A DNA stretch of 57,194 bases, taken from contig MQRK01244678.1 in assembly GCA_001938485.1 (NCBI GenBank), positions 1 to 57,194 of the forward strand, in the 5' to 3' direction. Numbering within the stretch: position 1 is the stretch's first letter; each line of letters opens with the position of its first letter. The position numbers and the translations under genes were made by a program. The stretch comes from Girardia tigrina (lineage: Eukaryota). Positions 12,961-25,500 of the stretch are shown here, piece after piece. The notes beneath the pieces were generated by a model. It worked only from the letters and a program-made list of their open reading frames with translations. It was not told where the DNA came from and did no database searches.

Positions 12961-13884
12961 TAAATATAAAATTAACTGAAATTATATTTCAGTTAAAAAT
13001 GCAACTTAAGTAAAAATAAAGCTTAAATCAAAGCAATTCAATGAGATTTTAGCTTAACTTTTTAATTAATTTAAATAATAAATTTTAATACTTTTCTATT
13101 CTGTCAATTTTAAGTAGAATCTTTTGATCTTTGTATTAAAGATTTACAAAATCTAAGATGATAATCATTTTTTTTGTATTTTAACATTCAATGTGTTTGT
13201 TAAAGTGTAATTTAAGACGTAATGAAATTTACAATTTGATAGTATCAAATAAAAGTCATAAATCATTGAGATCGTAACGGTTTCATTTTGTTAAAAATCA
13301 GATATAATGTTTTTGAAAATAAGTTCAGTTTGTATATGTCATTATTTATTTATTTATTTGGAAATGACAAATTTCATTTATTAATTTCATATTTTTGATT
13401 TTTGGCGATTTTTAGTGTCTCAAGCGACCAGAGCTGCCCGCACAGATCGTTCCATTTATCGAAAAATTGAATAAAATAATTTTCTAAGAAAAATATACGG
13501 TTTTATCGCCTATATGTGCCAGGGTCGACTTCATAACGACATATGAAATTGTTTTTAATGTGACTTTTATGGAAATAAAATTATTAAAAAAATTAGTTAA
13601 AATGTTCAAAAATGAGGTTCATTTTCACATTTTAAGGATGGTAATGAACCTTATGCTCTCAATTAGTGTATTCCAAACTTGAGTCTTCTGTTCTCCTAGA
13701 TTATATGTGATACTTGTGGGTTTTTTCAAACTATACTTTTTTATTTTAGTTATCTAAATACTGATGTAAGCAGAAAAAGAGATAAAATTTTATAAAATTT
13801 CTATTAAATTAGAGTTATATCTCTGAAACTATAACTATCATATTTAATTTTTCTAATACATTAATATTATATTATAAAATTTAG

Positions 13885-14151
13885 ATCTGGCTGTTGAAAC
13901 GGCCTTAAGTATGAATAATGGAGGGTTACATTCGGGTCTTAGTCCACCTAATACCATAAATGGATTTCCAGTGTACGATTATCCTCCAAATAATAATAAC
14001 CACTATATGACTCATCAAAACTTTGTACAAATGCAACAGCAAGGAATGACCGGTAGAATTAATTCTCAAAATATTACTTCCCAACCAGAAACGTTTTGTC
14101 TGAGGAGGCCTCAATCAGAGCAAGCTATAAGTGCTGATATGAACAAACAAA
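13885..14151 (+). CDS. ARHGAP39-like gene, first identifiable exon (N/P/Q-rich); donor and start uncertain
   Basis: tttag acceptor at 13884, open frame with ATG at 13911. A phase-1 GT donor at 14152 (or 14131) joins the next exon in frame. Confidence 0.55.
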
Positions 14152-14195
14152 GTTCTGATTTCAAGTCGTTTTTAATGAAATTAATATTTTTCAAG

Positions 14196-14407
14196 GAATG
14201 ACTATGGTCAGTCCTCGCAGTGATATTCTCCCTGGAATTATCCAAACAGGACGTTATTATCCTACGACATCGGGTTGGGTTGAGCGATCGTTATCTCCAA
14301 CTCCTATGGCGCCTTTGATGGCTCAATATTCAGGTCCTCTTCCTGGTTGGAATTCTGAACTCTTTCGAAAAGATCAACCTCCAGCTAAACTATTAAATTG
14401 GTGCAAG
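14196..14407 (+). CDS. arhgap39: ARHGAP39-like exon ending at the MyTH4 start (LLNWCK)
   Basis: tttttcaag acceptor and aag|gtttgt donor (phase 0). LLNWCK+DSIQKP mirrors the ARHGAP39 pattern MLxWSxESIxKP. Confidence 0.78.
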
Positions 14408-15149
14408 GTTTGTTTATTTTTTAGAAAACTTTTATAAACTTCTTCTTCGCCTAAATTTAATGTATTTTTCATTATTAAATTGGAATTTAGATTTCAGATA
14501 AATTAGCTTATTTTTATAATCACAAATTATTTTATCATTTCAATGTATATATTTTTAAAGAATCAATCGTCATCATCTGATCATTCACTAATTATTTTCA
14601 TGTATATAAATTACAAAAAAATGATTTTAAGAGCAATTGTTTCTTTAAAAAATTGACTTTATTTTTTGGACTTTATAGATTTTTGACCGTAATTTGACCT
14701 GAAAATTTCGATTCAAAAATAGCTAAAGAACAATACTGTTATAAAATTTATTTACAGACCTTGCTATTTTCATTTATAAATTTTTTATATTTGATTTATT
14801 TATTTACACATTGCTATTTCAAAAAAAGATTTAGAGCTGTGATTGTGAGGTCAATGTTACGATCTTAGTCAAAACAGAAAACTACAAGAAGATCTACTTT
14901 GCCGATTTCGTGTACAACTTTGCATATTATACAGACTAAAAAGTAATTAAGTGACACAAAATATAAAACAACAATGTCACAATCGTGATGAAAAAATTAT
15001 CAAAGTTATGTTACAAAGTCATAAATAAAAATGTCTAATCATTAAGCGACCTTTCGTAGTTTTCTAACAATATGATGCGAAAGAATGTACGTTGAAATTT
15101 ATTATCACTCGTTAACGTTTACTAAGCATAATAAAATGCAGTTGCGTTA

Positions 15150-15760
15150 TAAAAGTTTAAATAAACTGGGGCTATCGCTGCAGAACAGGTTTAAGTAATT
15201 CACCGGTAACACAATGATAACACTTAATCGTTTCTTATTTGTACTTTTTTTGAACTTTGAAGTAAGGATATATGTGAAACTCTCATCTCTTTCAAATGGT
15301 ATTGAGCCTTTAGGCTCTTTAGAGGGACCACCCATAAAGAGTCATTAGCAACACCCTGATAGGCCACCTACATGGTCGGATAGTTTCGGTTTCACTGTAA
15401 GATAAGACTACAAATAGGTTAGATATCCATGGTCTACATACCTTTGGTTGTATTCAGGGTCTTTTTACAGCGACAAAAAGGACACCTGAACTCTCCACTT
15501 GCAGTGAGATCTGCAATCCTAAAAGTCAGATTGTTTCTTCAGTACCTATCGCTTCCTCCACCGTCGTTGAGTTAGTCGGGGGCTCCTTCACCGATTGAAT
15601 CTGTTTACCTTGAATGTTGCGGTTTTCTTTGCCTCTTTCTTCTGTGTTACTTGTTGTACTGATTTTCGCAGGTGTCAGTGTCGGTTCTTCGATTTCTTCT
15701 ATCTCCAATTTATGATCCTGGTTGAGTTGCCTGGTCAGACACTCCTTCGTTTTATGTGAC
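15150..15760 (-). mobile_element. Possible degenerate LTR-retroelement 3' region, perhaps continuing 17960-18360
   Basis: GC-richer decayed coding-like tract cut off by the hAT at 15768. No diagnostic motif seen. Confidence 0.25.
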
Positions 15761-15767
15761 TTTTTAC

Positions 15768-17950
15768 TAGGTATGTACCGGTTTTTGGCCCCGGCTCCGG
15801 AAAACCGGTTATGCGGTCATTTTTTAAACTCCGGTACCGGCTTCGGCTCCGGCGAAATTCCGTCAGTTTTGATACCGGTTTTCTGATCAATTTTTACAAG
15901 AATTAGAAACTCATAAATAATTCATTTATAAAAAGCAAGTGATGTTAAAATAAGAGCTCAAAAATCATGCGTTTACAAATGTGGTTATACAGTACTTTCT
16001 ATGAAGACAAAGACTAATACAATGTGTAATTTCTTGATATCCACCTAGAGATGTCAATTTCTCGACATTTTTAACTTCTCGAGAAGTCGAGAATAAATTA
16101 AATATTTTCACAAGAATCGAAAATTCTCGAGAAAATTTAAAAAAGCGATTGAATCCTCATAAATTTATCCAGCGTTATTTCCGTAATACCCCAGTGGTAG
16201 AACAATTTAAAATTAAATAAAGCTCTTTCTTTTACTTGCTTTACATAATTCTGCAAGATTAAATTTTTAATTGAAGATCTTTTGAAGAGTCTAATAATTT
16301 TTCTTACATTTGTAATAATATTTTGGTTACCTAAAGTCATCACTATTGGAGTGTTGCTGCAAATTGAATCATCTTGTGTAGATTCAGTAATGCTTTTTAT
16401 ATCTTACAAATTAAAGAGCCCATCGGACCCAGAAAAATTGTTATTTTCGGAATCATCATCACTTACATTGGTATTATCATTAACATTATCTGCCGATTCC
16501 TTTATTGTTGATTTAAAGAGCACTTTAACAACAGCTAAATGAAGTGCGTGGTTGTAGAAAAATTGAGAGTTTATATCAGTTAGCCGAGCATATTTTTCCA
16601 TAACACCTGCTCCGTTAGTCGTTGCACATGCAATGTCCTAGGTTATATTTAAATAAAATTCGAAAAAACGCTTTTCAATTATTTCAACTATTCTTTCAAC
16701 TGAATATTTCCATTATATTTTATCTAATCCTAAGTTGTCATATTCATTTTCATAATAATAATAACATTCATATATTTTTATTTTTAAAGCTTGTCGAATG
16801 ATATACTAAATCTAACATTTCTTAGTTTCATTTTCTTAAATTTTTCAATCAGACAAATTTTCTTGGTTTCGTAGTAAGCATAAATTAACTTAAGTATGCT
16901 GGCTCGACTGTTTGGTAATGAATATCCATTTGCTGAAAAACCTTCTTGAATAATTCTTCTTTTCGCAATAGTCTAAATATTAATACTCTCTTTAGCTGCT
17001 AATTCGGATGCCTTTTCTTCCAACGACGTTTTCTTGAGATATTTTGGCTGGTTACTTATTTTTTTAAAATTTGGTTCATCTATTATCTCATTACCGGATC
17101 TTTTCTTAATATTTTTTTCATGTAGAAGATTTAGATGTCTTTTTAAACCAGTGGTTGAAGATCCGCGACATGAAAATTGTTTATTGTACAATTTGAAAAT
17201 AAATAAATCATTGTTGGTCGCAGATTTCGTAAAAAAATCCCAAAATTCATCCCCTTTTTTATTCATCTATGGGTATTTAAATTTTTTAATATATCTAAAT
17301 TTAAAAAAAATATTAGATATTAGATAGATTTGGATGATAAATTTGTTTTGATGTTGTCGTATTGAAGTTAAATTGATTGTTCTTCAAAACGGCGATTAGA
17401 AATTCGATGTTTTATTTATCGATAAGCATTAAAATAATTATCATTTTAATACATTATTTCAGAAAGTCTTATATATAATTATTAGTGTTTAGTTAAATAA
17501 AAAAAAGCATTGTCTTTTATAAATTTAATTAATATTTTAAATGTAAAATTTCCCGAGAAAAATTATTTGGTAATTTTCTTAAATTCTTGAGAAATATTTC
17601 TCGAGAATTCTCGACGTGACATCTCTATATCTACCCTACCGAGATACATTTAACAATCTGTAAAGTGTGTAAGGCCTACATTGCTTGTGGATAATCAGAA
17701 TACACGAAAAAGAAATTTGGCATCTCTTCAATGATAACACATCTTAGCTTTCAACATTCAAAAGAGCTTGCTACCTTCCAGGAAAATAAATAAGAGTGCC
17801 ACTTACATTCATCTACTATTACTAATGACAAAAAACATTAATATTGTATTATGACAAAAAACCACAGTTCAACAAACTCTGGAACAGTGTTTACCCCATA
17901 CACAGCAATACTTTAGAGTCTATGTGAATGATGCGGTTAATGAAATCTAC
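15768..17950 (+). mobile_element. Outer hAT relic with BED zinc finger, interrupted by a nested hAT; right end not found
   Basis: Starts TAGGTATGTACCGG with CCGG-rich subterminal repeats. Removing the insert restores DIHPTEIHLTICKVCKAYIACG...GISSMITHLSFQH (BED-like). Confidence 0.65.
16046..17627 (-). mobile_element. Internally deleted hAT transposon (BED finger plus partial transposase)
   Basis: TIR TAGAGATGTCA at both ends, TSD tatccacc / tatctacc, TCTCGAGA subterminal motifs. Minus-strand FWDFF...GSSTTGLKRHL and TTNGAGVM...NHALHLAV. Confidence 0.9.
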
Positions 17951-17959
17951 ATAGATCGC

Positions 17960-18360
17960 ATCATCCCAAAATAGCCTCTGTATGTCTACTTGAAGTCATT
18001 TCGAGATTGATTGCTTCTGGTTCCCACTGATCTTCTTTCCCATCGGTATTTCGCCCTCCAGATTTTTTGATTGTCTCGTACTCTTCTGAAGTTTCCATCT
18101 TACTGTGGAAAGTCTGCCTTCTACTTGCAATAATATCCATGGGATAAGGGAGTCTAATGTCCAGGGTGGATCTTTTCAATCTTCGTTTCTTCCTAATTAT
18201 GCGGGTGGATAGGTTATGAATAGCATGTAATTTCATAAGGTTCTTGTCCTGAGTCCTCCAGCTTTAACACATCAGGGCCGTCAGAACCAGCCAGGACCAT
18301 CCAAACATGAAGCAAGGGTAAGATTTTTACACCCCTCCAATTCCCGTGGACTGTTATAAA
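17960..18360 (-). mobile_element. Degenerate Gypsy integrase C-terminal (GPY/F-like) fragment
   Basis: LKLEDSGQEPYEI resembles the KL..W.GPY.I motif, followed by IHP and RLK. Confidence 0.35.
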
Positions 18361-19164
18361 AAGAAAATATACTAAGAATATCCAATTGATAATAATAAAT
18401 ATAGCTATAATAATACAATGGAATTCCATTTCTGTTATTTTAAAATAATAATTAATGTTAAGTTATAATATCCACATTCTGGCCTCTTAATTTAAATTCT
18501 CCTAATTCTTGTTCCTAATTACAAATCACAATTCTCAGGGTCACACAATCTCACATTCCTTTCTAATAGGTGTTACTTCATTTAATTCAATCTAGTATGC
18601 AAAAATTAAAATATAAATAGTCCGTCACTTAACTCGATTAATATCCCATATTTAAATATTTATTAATTTATACAAAAAGCCTTTGATAAAAGATCAGATA
18701 TTTCTAATGACACCCAACTGTTTAAAACCGATTTACAGAGTCTTCGTGGTAAAAATTCATTAAGCAATGCTAATGTACCTAATTGTTTTTATACCTACAC
18801 AAACTGTTTTTGTATAAAGAATTGAGTGAAAAAAGCGAGTGTTAATTACACGGTTATTAATTAGATCAATAAATTGTTATAGTTGGTCGTTGCCGTGCCA
18901 CAGTTCTTTACATTTGTCATTCTGTTCAGTTGACATTCTTAAGTGTCATTCATTTTTATTTCAATTACATTTTTTGATAAAATTTCATTCCATCATTTCC
19001 AACAGTTATGATGTGTAAATATGATCAATTTATCGGAGACAACCAAGAAAAAATTCCAATTATATTAAATAAAAAGAAATTATTTATTTATGAAAATTAT
19101 ATCAAGAAATATTTTAGTTACTATATATATAATGTATATTGGTTAAAGCATTTTTTAAAAAATC

Positions 19165-19210
19165 AACGTTTGACATGTTTCGATCACAATCTTTGATTAT
19201 TTTCAGCAAT
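19165..19210 (-). ncRNA. Degenerate minimal hammerhead motif, type B
   Basis: ttgCTGAAAA-t-aatca-aagattg-tgatc-GAAA-catgtc: GAAA and GUC intact, CUGANGA mutated. Confidence 0.6.
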
Positions 19211-19884
19211 TTTATTTGTGCTGTAATTTATTTTGTTTTATTATTATTTTGTATGTAATGGACTTGACATTCTTATGTAACGTTTACATAATAATATGTA
19301 CCCAAATAAACAAATAAAAAAAATATTAAATTTATGCCTAATGTTAAGATAGTGTCCGTAACATCTAAAGTAAGAAATTACCTTATAGTGAAATGCAACA
19401 CTGACAATTTAGTGAAATCTAATCTTGTGTACAATTTTAATGCCATGGGTGAAAAACTCATACATTGGAGAAAAAATGGTAATCTCAAAGCAAAATAGTG
19501 AACACTCACAGTTGAGTAGATCCAGCAAGGCTATTAATCACTGCAAAATCTGTAAAACTTCATCAATTTCAAAAGATGAATTTTCTATTTTTTAGAAGAA
19601 TTTTGATTCACATTTTGAGAAGTTGTATTATGAATCATTCTAATAAGACACTATAACACATTGATTAATATACCAAATGGGAAAAGTAAAACAGTCTCAA
19701 CATTAAATATTTTTTAAAAAATAAATAAAATATTAATCAAAAAATAGAACTTTGACATTATTTTGTTACCATTTATATTAAAACCATTAAATAACTTAAT
19801 AAATAAAAAACAAATAATAATAAATGTGAATAAATTGAAAAAATGGCAGATTATTAAAATCAAAATTCGAAAGCCAATTGAAAA

Positions 19885-19926
19885 TATTTATTAATTTTGA
19901 CGGTTTAACCGTCATCGTCAGAACAA
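19885..19926 (-). ncRNA. Minimal hammerhead motif, type A (G12>A)
   Basis: tgtt-CTGACGA-t-GACGG-ttaaa-CCGTC-AAAA-ttaata-aata. Confidence 0.72.
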
Positions 19927-20586
19927 ATGATTTTTCAAACGAAATTTACTTATATAGTGCAGTTAATGATTATGTAATCAATACGTAATCAGTACATCAT
20001 TTAAAAACTCTCAATAAAGTTGTAGTGCAGTTTGAACGTATTGTTAATTTTAGGATCCAAATCTTATATATAACGCTTCACATGTCACTCTCTCCCAATA
20101 ATTTTTAAATTGAGTACACAGAATTTTAAAGTGTTGTGAAGTTAAATTTAAAAACACCAAACAATTTCCGCAAATTAGACAACTTTTTATTCTGTGCACT
20201 AATTTTATCATTAATTATCATTTATTAGAAGAATTTTCAGACATACTTATACATAATTGATAACAAAAATCACCACTTACATTATTAAGGAGGTTTCCGT
20301 TGATTGTCAGATGCCTGATAATTTCGTTTCGTTTTTGCTTTTCTTTTTCCAACATTCTTCTCAGGATCTTGTGCTGAATTTTCCGAACTTCATCATTCTG
20401 TAGGCATTCATGAAATTTCTTCTTAAATATAAAAGAAGGAATAATCCTCTCTTCGATACATATCTCCAAAAAACTAATATATCTCCAAAAAACTAATATC
20501 CAATTCCTTTCTTCTTAAAGAAGAAAATAATGATTACGTATTGATTGTATAATCATTATATAAGTAAATTTCGTTTGAAAAATCAT

Positions 20587-20628
20587 TTGTTCTAACGATG
20601 ACGGTTAAACCGTCGAAATTAATAAATA
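20587..20628 (+). ncRNA. Minimal hammerhead motif, type A (G5>A)
   Basis: tgtt-CTAACGA-t-GACGG-ttaaa-CCGTC-GAAA-ttaata-aata; palindromic ATTAAT stem III, stem I tgtt/aata. Confidence 0.72.
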
Positions 20629-20696
20629 TTTTTAATTGGCTTTCGAATTTTGATTTAAATAATAATAAAACGATATAAATTACAACACAAATAAAG

Positions 20697-20738
20697 TTGC
20701 TGTAGATAATCAAAGATTATGATCAAAACATGTCAAAC
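20697..20738 (+). ncRNA. Highly degenerate hammerhead motif, type B
   Basis: ttgCTGTAGA-t-aatca-aagatta-tgatc-AAAA-catgtc; inverted twin of 19165-19210. Confidence 0.5.
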
Positions 20739-20910
20739 ATTGATTTTTTTAAAAAAAATGCTTAAAAAATATATAAAAATTTCAAAATTATTGTTCACAA
20801 GACCAAATATAATATATTTATATATAAATAAATTAATTTAAATCCAATGATTTATTTGTAACATGTTTTTTTAATTATTTTATGATCTCTTTTAAGGTGT
20901 TAATTCAATT

Positions 20911-21066
20911 ACATACGATTGCTCCTTAAAAATTGCTCTCCATATAAATTGCTCCGGTTAAAATAGCTCTGCGAAATAATTGCTCCCTGGTGCATTTTAA
21001 TAGCAAAAAATTACTGCAAGTATAATATTGATGTATAAAACAGTATAGTTTTTATGATATGATCTC

Positions 21067-21110
<44 letters not shown>

Positions 21111-21715
21111 GTATGTAAGTATATACAATATAAGTTTTATATACAATATACGTTTTTGATTAGGATGAAGCCTTTTAATTTCGTTTACGAAAATCGTTAA
21201 ACACAAACACTCACATGGTATAAAAATGGACGGGATATACTCAAATATTTTATACGATAGAAACTAACATTTCACGATTACGTGTTTCAGTGAACTTCTT
21301 TAACGTAACAAAAAAAATAAAGATAAATATATATAGAACTTTTATTTATATACAATATAAATAAACATATATAACAAAAAAAATCACATACGAGAGAAAG
21401 AGAATGGCATGGATAAATCTCGATTTCGATTAGTGTTTATTGTTCTAAGGTTTCGAGGAACGATCTTCTGTTGTAACAATACCAATGGAAACGTCAGAGA
21501 ATCGTTTGGTTGCGCAACCACATTTTGTGGAAACAGATTATATGGAGAGATGCACTTTCAGGGGAATAATAATCCACCAGTAATAAAACGATTCTTCGGT
21601 AAGGTGAATATCGACACTGGACGCTCGTTCTATCGCAATCGCTGATTTCGTGAATTTCCGATCGGTTTATGAGAAATCCGTACAGAAAATTCACAATTCT
21701 CACAAGGATACCGAT
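20911..21715 (-). mobile_element. 3' end relic of a DNA transposon with a Cys-rich C-terminus (integrase-type, Ginger/SCAND3-like?)
   Basis: Five ATTGCTC-like subterminal repeats at 20918-20986. Minus-strand STKCGCATKR...NNK resembles CxC..RCxC...CxNK tails. Confidence 0.35.
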
Positions 21716-22431
21716 AAATAATATTAATATTGATTTATTTATTTTATAAATATATAAAATTATTATATAATAGTAATATATGTGGCTGGGTCACTACAAT
21801 ATCCATTGAATAATGTGTTATTATACCTACCCAAAATGTCCATAGAGAGGAAAAAAATTGTACGGGTTATATGTGTGAAAAAACGGTAGTCGTCATTAAA
21901 TTTAACTTTCGTTTTTACTGTGACTTCTTTTCTAGTTACTTTACTGTATGTTTTTAAATTAAATTTTCTCATCCGTCAGATAACCTATTTGTATTTGGTA
22001 TTATGAAAAAAATATTCATTGATGCCAAAAGATTGTTAGAAATTTTAGATATATTTGTACATAGAATGCTCAAATAACCAAACTACTTAATATTCTTATG
22101 CAAACAAAAATGTATTTTTGCAGTTACTTTATAATTTCTATTTAAAATGTTTTTGTATTGTGAAAATGTTTTGTCATCATAGATTATTCTGAAATAATCA
22201 GACAATTTAACACACTATAAATGTTCACTCTGTAAATTTGTCTTATTTTGTAGACTTGATCGTCTCTCGATTTTGCGAGGATTAATAAAATCTGAAAAAA
22301 CCTTATATTCAGTAAATTATGTCGTAAATATCTGAAAACGATTTTTCGAATGTCTCATTTATTGAAAAATTTTATTTAAAACACATTATTGTCTCATTAA
22401 AAAACATCATTTATATTCTTCTAAAATTCAG

Positions 22432-22504
22432 GACAGCATCCAGAAGCCGCTGCTCGTTTCTACTGATAAAATTCTTAAATCTGATGCTTGCCAGTCATTT
22501 AAAC
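22432..22504 (+). CDS. arhgap39: ARHGAP39-like MyTH4 exon (DSIQKPLLVSTDKILKSDACQSFK)
   Basis: ttcag acceptor and c|gtaatt donor (phase 0 to 1). Matches the SIxKP.....D...K.EAC..FK pattern. Too short for the ORF track. Confidence 0.88.
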
Positions 22505-25500
22505 GTAATTTTCTTTTCTTATATTTTTTTATAATTAAGTAATTTTATAATAAATATTTTGTTTTATTTTTCTGTTATAAATTTACATGAAACAAAAAAA
22601 TTTTTGTCTTAAAATTTCAATTTTGGATTAATTTTCGCATAGTTCGATTTCATACTTATACTGAAAGAATCTTTATATACTTTGAAGGAAATTTTATATG
22701 ACCAATTTTTATAAAGTAGAAGGAGGATGGTGTTAGCACATTGATTAAGATTATTTTGATCTAAGCAAATATTTTTTTTGAATATTTTATGTATTAATTA
22801 GATAATATTAGGAAGTGTTTCATTTACAAAATGTGTACGAATGTAAAATTGAAATCAAACAATTATCTTTTGAAGCAAGATAAAGAAGTACATTAAAATA
22901 TTAAGTTAATTTTTGATATTTTTATAATTTTAACAGCAATGCTTTTACGTAATTAGGACCTAAAGTTTTTTTTAAAAAAATAAATTTAATTAATAATAAA
23001 ATATTATGTGAAATTTAAATAATAAATCATTTTATATATTTCATTGATTTTAATTATGTTCTAGAGTTTATTATCGATTTGGTAGAAGGGTGGTTGTAAT
23101 GTTTATAATGATTATGATAATGAAAAATACAAAACATTATAAAAATATATTCCTTCATAGTTAAAGTGATAAAAGCTCTTAAATGAAAATTAAAAATCAA
23201 TCTTATGGACAAACTTTATATGTATTTCAAGATATCTATATCAATATTGGAAAGACAAAAATATCTTTAAGAGACTCTAAAGACTCGAGTAGAAAAAGAG
23301 ATGCTTGATTTCTTCAGATGTTGTATGGGCCAGTAAAATTAATGTAAAAACGATTCCTGTATTCGATCAGTTCTTCGCATTATAACTTCTTATTGCCAAT
23401 ACTTGCGTTAAGAAAAGTTCTTGGATAAGTCTTTTATTCTTTCCTATCTTTCAAGTACTGATATAAATTTTTTTTAGGTGATCCCAATAAAAATAATTAT
23501 ATTTTATTGTATTCTCATTTGTTCATTTAATCATTATTGGAAGGATTCATAAAATAATTTTCTAACTAACAATAATATAATATTATTTGTATTATTAATG
23601 ATTTGTTGCACTTGTGATGAAAATTTATCATTACCAGATATATTTCAAAGTCTCTTCTGCTGCTTGACTGATGCATAAATTATGTAAAGGCGTCGTTTTA
23701 TCTATTGATTTCCATACGATAATATAATGGGTTATTTATTGTGATAATATTCTACTGATAATTCCCCATCATTATCCTGTTCAATTGATTACTGATTTAC
23801 TCTTTCTAAATAATAAACTTTAGTCTTAATTGACTTTGAGATTGAATGAAATAGAGTTAATTTGCTATATCAAATGTTCAATGAAAAATTAGAAGAATAA
23901 AATGATTATTATGGTGCCTTCTTAAATAATCAACAAAATGTTTTATAAATATGTCTCTTAATATTAATCGGCATTAAATTAGAAATCATTGGCAATCTTT
24001 TACGGAATAGCAGCATACATCTGGCATATTCCGTTAGAGAGACAGCAAATACATTGAGTGCATGTGTGTGCAGGAACTGTGGTGGTGTGTGGCGCGTGTT
24101 TGTGCTGCCCGCCTGTGTATATATGTAGATATGGTGGGGGTTGTGTGCGCGCGTCTGTGATTAGTGATTTGTACGATGCCAATTTAGAATATTACGTGTC
24201 TATGAAATCTGATCCGAATTGTTATTGATACAGTTATGATTGAAAAATCCAGAAATATTGTAAAATCCAGTAAACTATCAAAAATGATTCTAATCAAATC
24301 TGATTTAACCAGCTATATTTTTTGTAATGAAACACATCCTATGAAAACAAATTGATTAAACATAGAAAATAAATGAAGTACTTTCTAATAATTTTTATTA
24401 GCTTACTATAGAAAATGTTAGCATGCAAACTGCTATTTGTTAAATCTGTATTTGGATTAAAAAAAGTGTTTCATTTTTTTGGATTATTTTGTCACTTGCT
24501 TTGCAATAATATATCAATTTTGTAAATAAATTACATACTGTGCAGCCACTTCCTGATGTTCATTGGGCCAGCAAATTGGATTCCTATACTAATTAATCAA
24601 TTTTCTACTGCTGTTGAACCAATAAAATATTTTCCAAATAAATATAGACAGAGATTTGTTAATAATTGAAAAAAAATTTGTGAACTTGAGAAAATTCGTA
24701 AAAAAAATACACAAGTCAGGTTGTTAATTAAAAAGCAAAATGACCATATGTATTTTTACACAGTAATTCATCAAAATTGGATTTTTTACCATCACATATA
24801 GGAATGATCTGGTAAATGATATTGTAAAAAGAAATATTAATTAAAATGAAAGAAAAGTTTTGTTATTAAATAAAGTATAAATCTTTTCACAATGCAAAAG
24901 AAACAATAACTGTTTAAGGTGTAAAATTTTACATATGTGATGTAAATCGCAATGTTAAATACGAAATCAGTCATAAATTTAATGTCAAAAAGACACTAAA
25001 TATTAGCTTTATACTTTTAATATTAACATAAAGGCCGGTAACACTTTATAAATCGTTGATCGAATTAAATAGACCGGACTCTGATGGTTATACTTTCTTT
25101 TTTTAATGTCTATGAATTATTACCATTTTATGATTAATTATGAATGTCAGTTATAAGTCATTACAAGTCATTAAATGACTGTAGTTTTATCTTACAAATC
25201 ACATAAAAATATTTTGTAAATTACTTAAAAATTAGGGAAAATAAGATATATTTTCTAACATAAAAAAATAATTTTCAAAGGTTCAGAAGTAAAATTTATT
25301 GATGAAACAAAAAATAAAAAGTTGTTACTTTTTATTGAAATTATCTTTTCGTAAGAAATTCACATTTCTGTGCACTTTCTGTTATTCTTGTTATTCTTTA
25401 TTTTCAATACCAGATCCCATTTGAACGGTCTTAGAATATCCTCTAGAATATTTAAAATTTTAGAGAAATCTGAACTCTGATGGTCAAGAAAAGACTTTCA

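Larger units (their letters stand above)
19851..20662. mobile_element. Second Penelope-like fragment (family A) nested in family B; inverted pLTR arms around an ORF remnant
   Basis: 19851-19990 and 20530-20662 are inverted copies, each with a hammerhead. The internal minus-strand remnant ICIEERIIPSFI...RKIQHKILRRMLEKE resembles a PLE N-terminal region. Confidence 0.72.
19131..20775 (+). mobile_element. 5'-truncated Penelope-like element (family B): inverted pLTR, GIY-YIG remnant, 3' pLTR
   Basis: 19131-19250 is the reverse complement of 20657-20775. 19410-19715 decodes to decayed KSNLVYNF..C....SYIGE...EH and ESxLIRHYNx.IN. Both arms carry a hammerhead-like motif. Confidence 0.8.
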
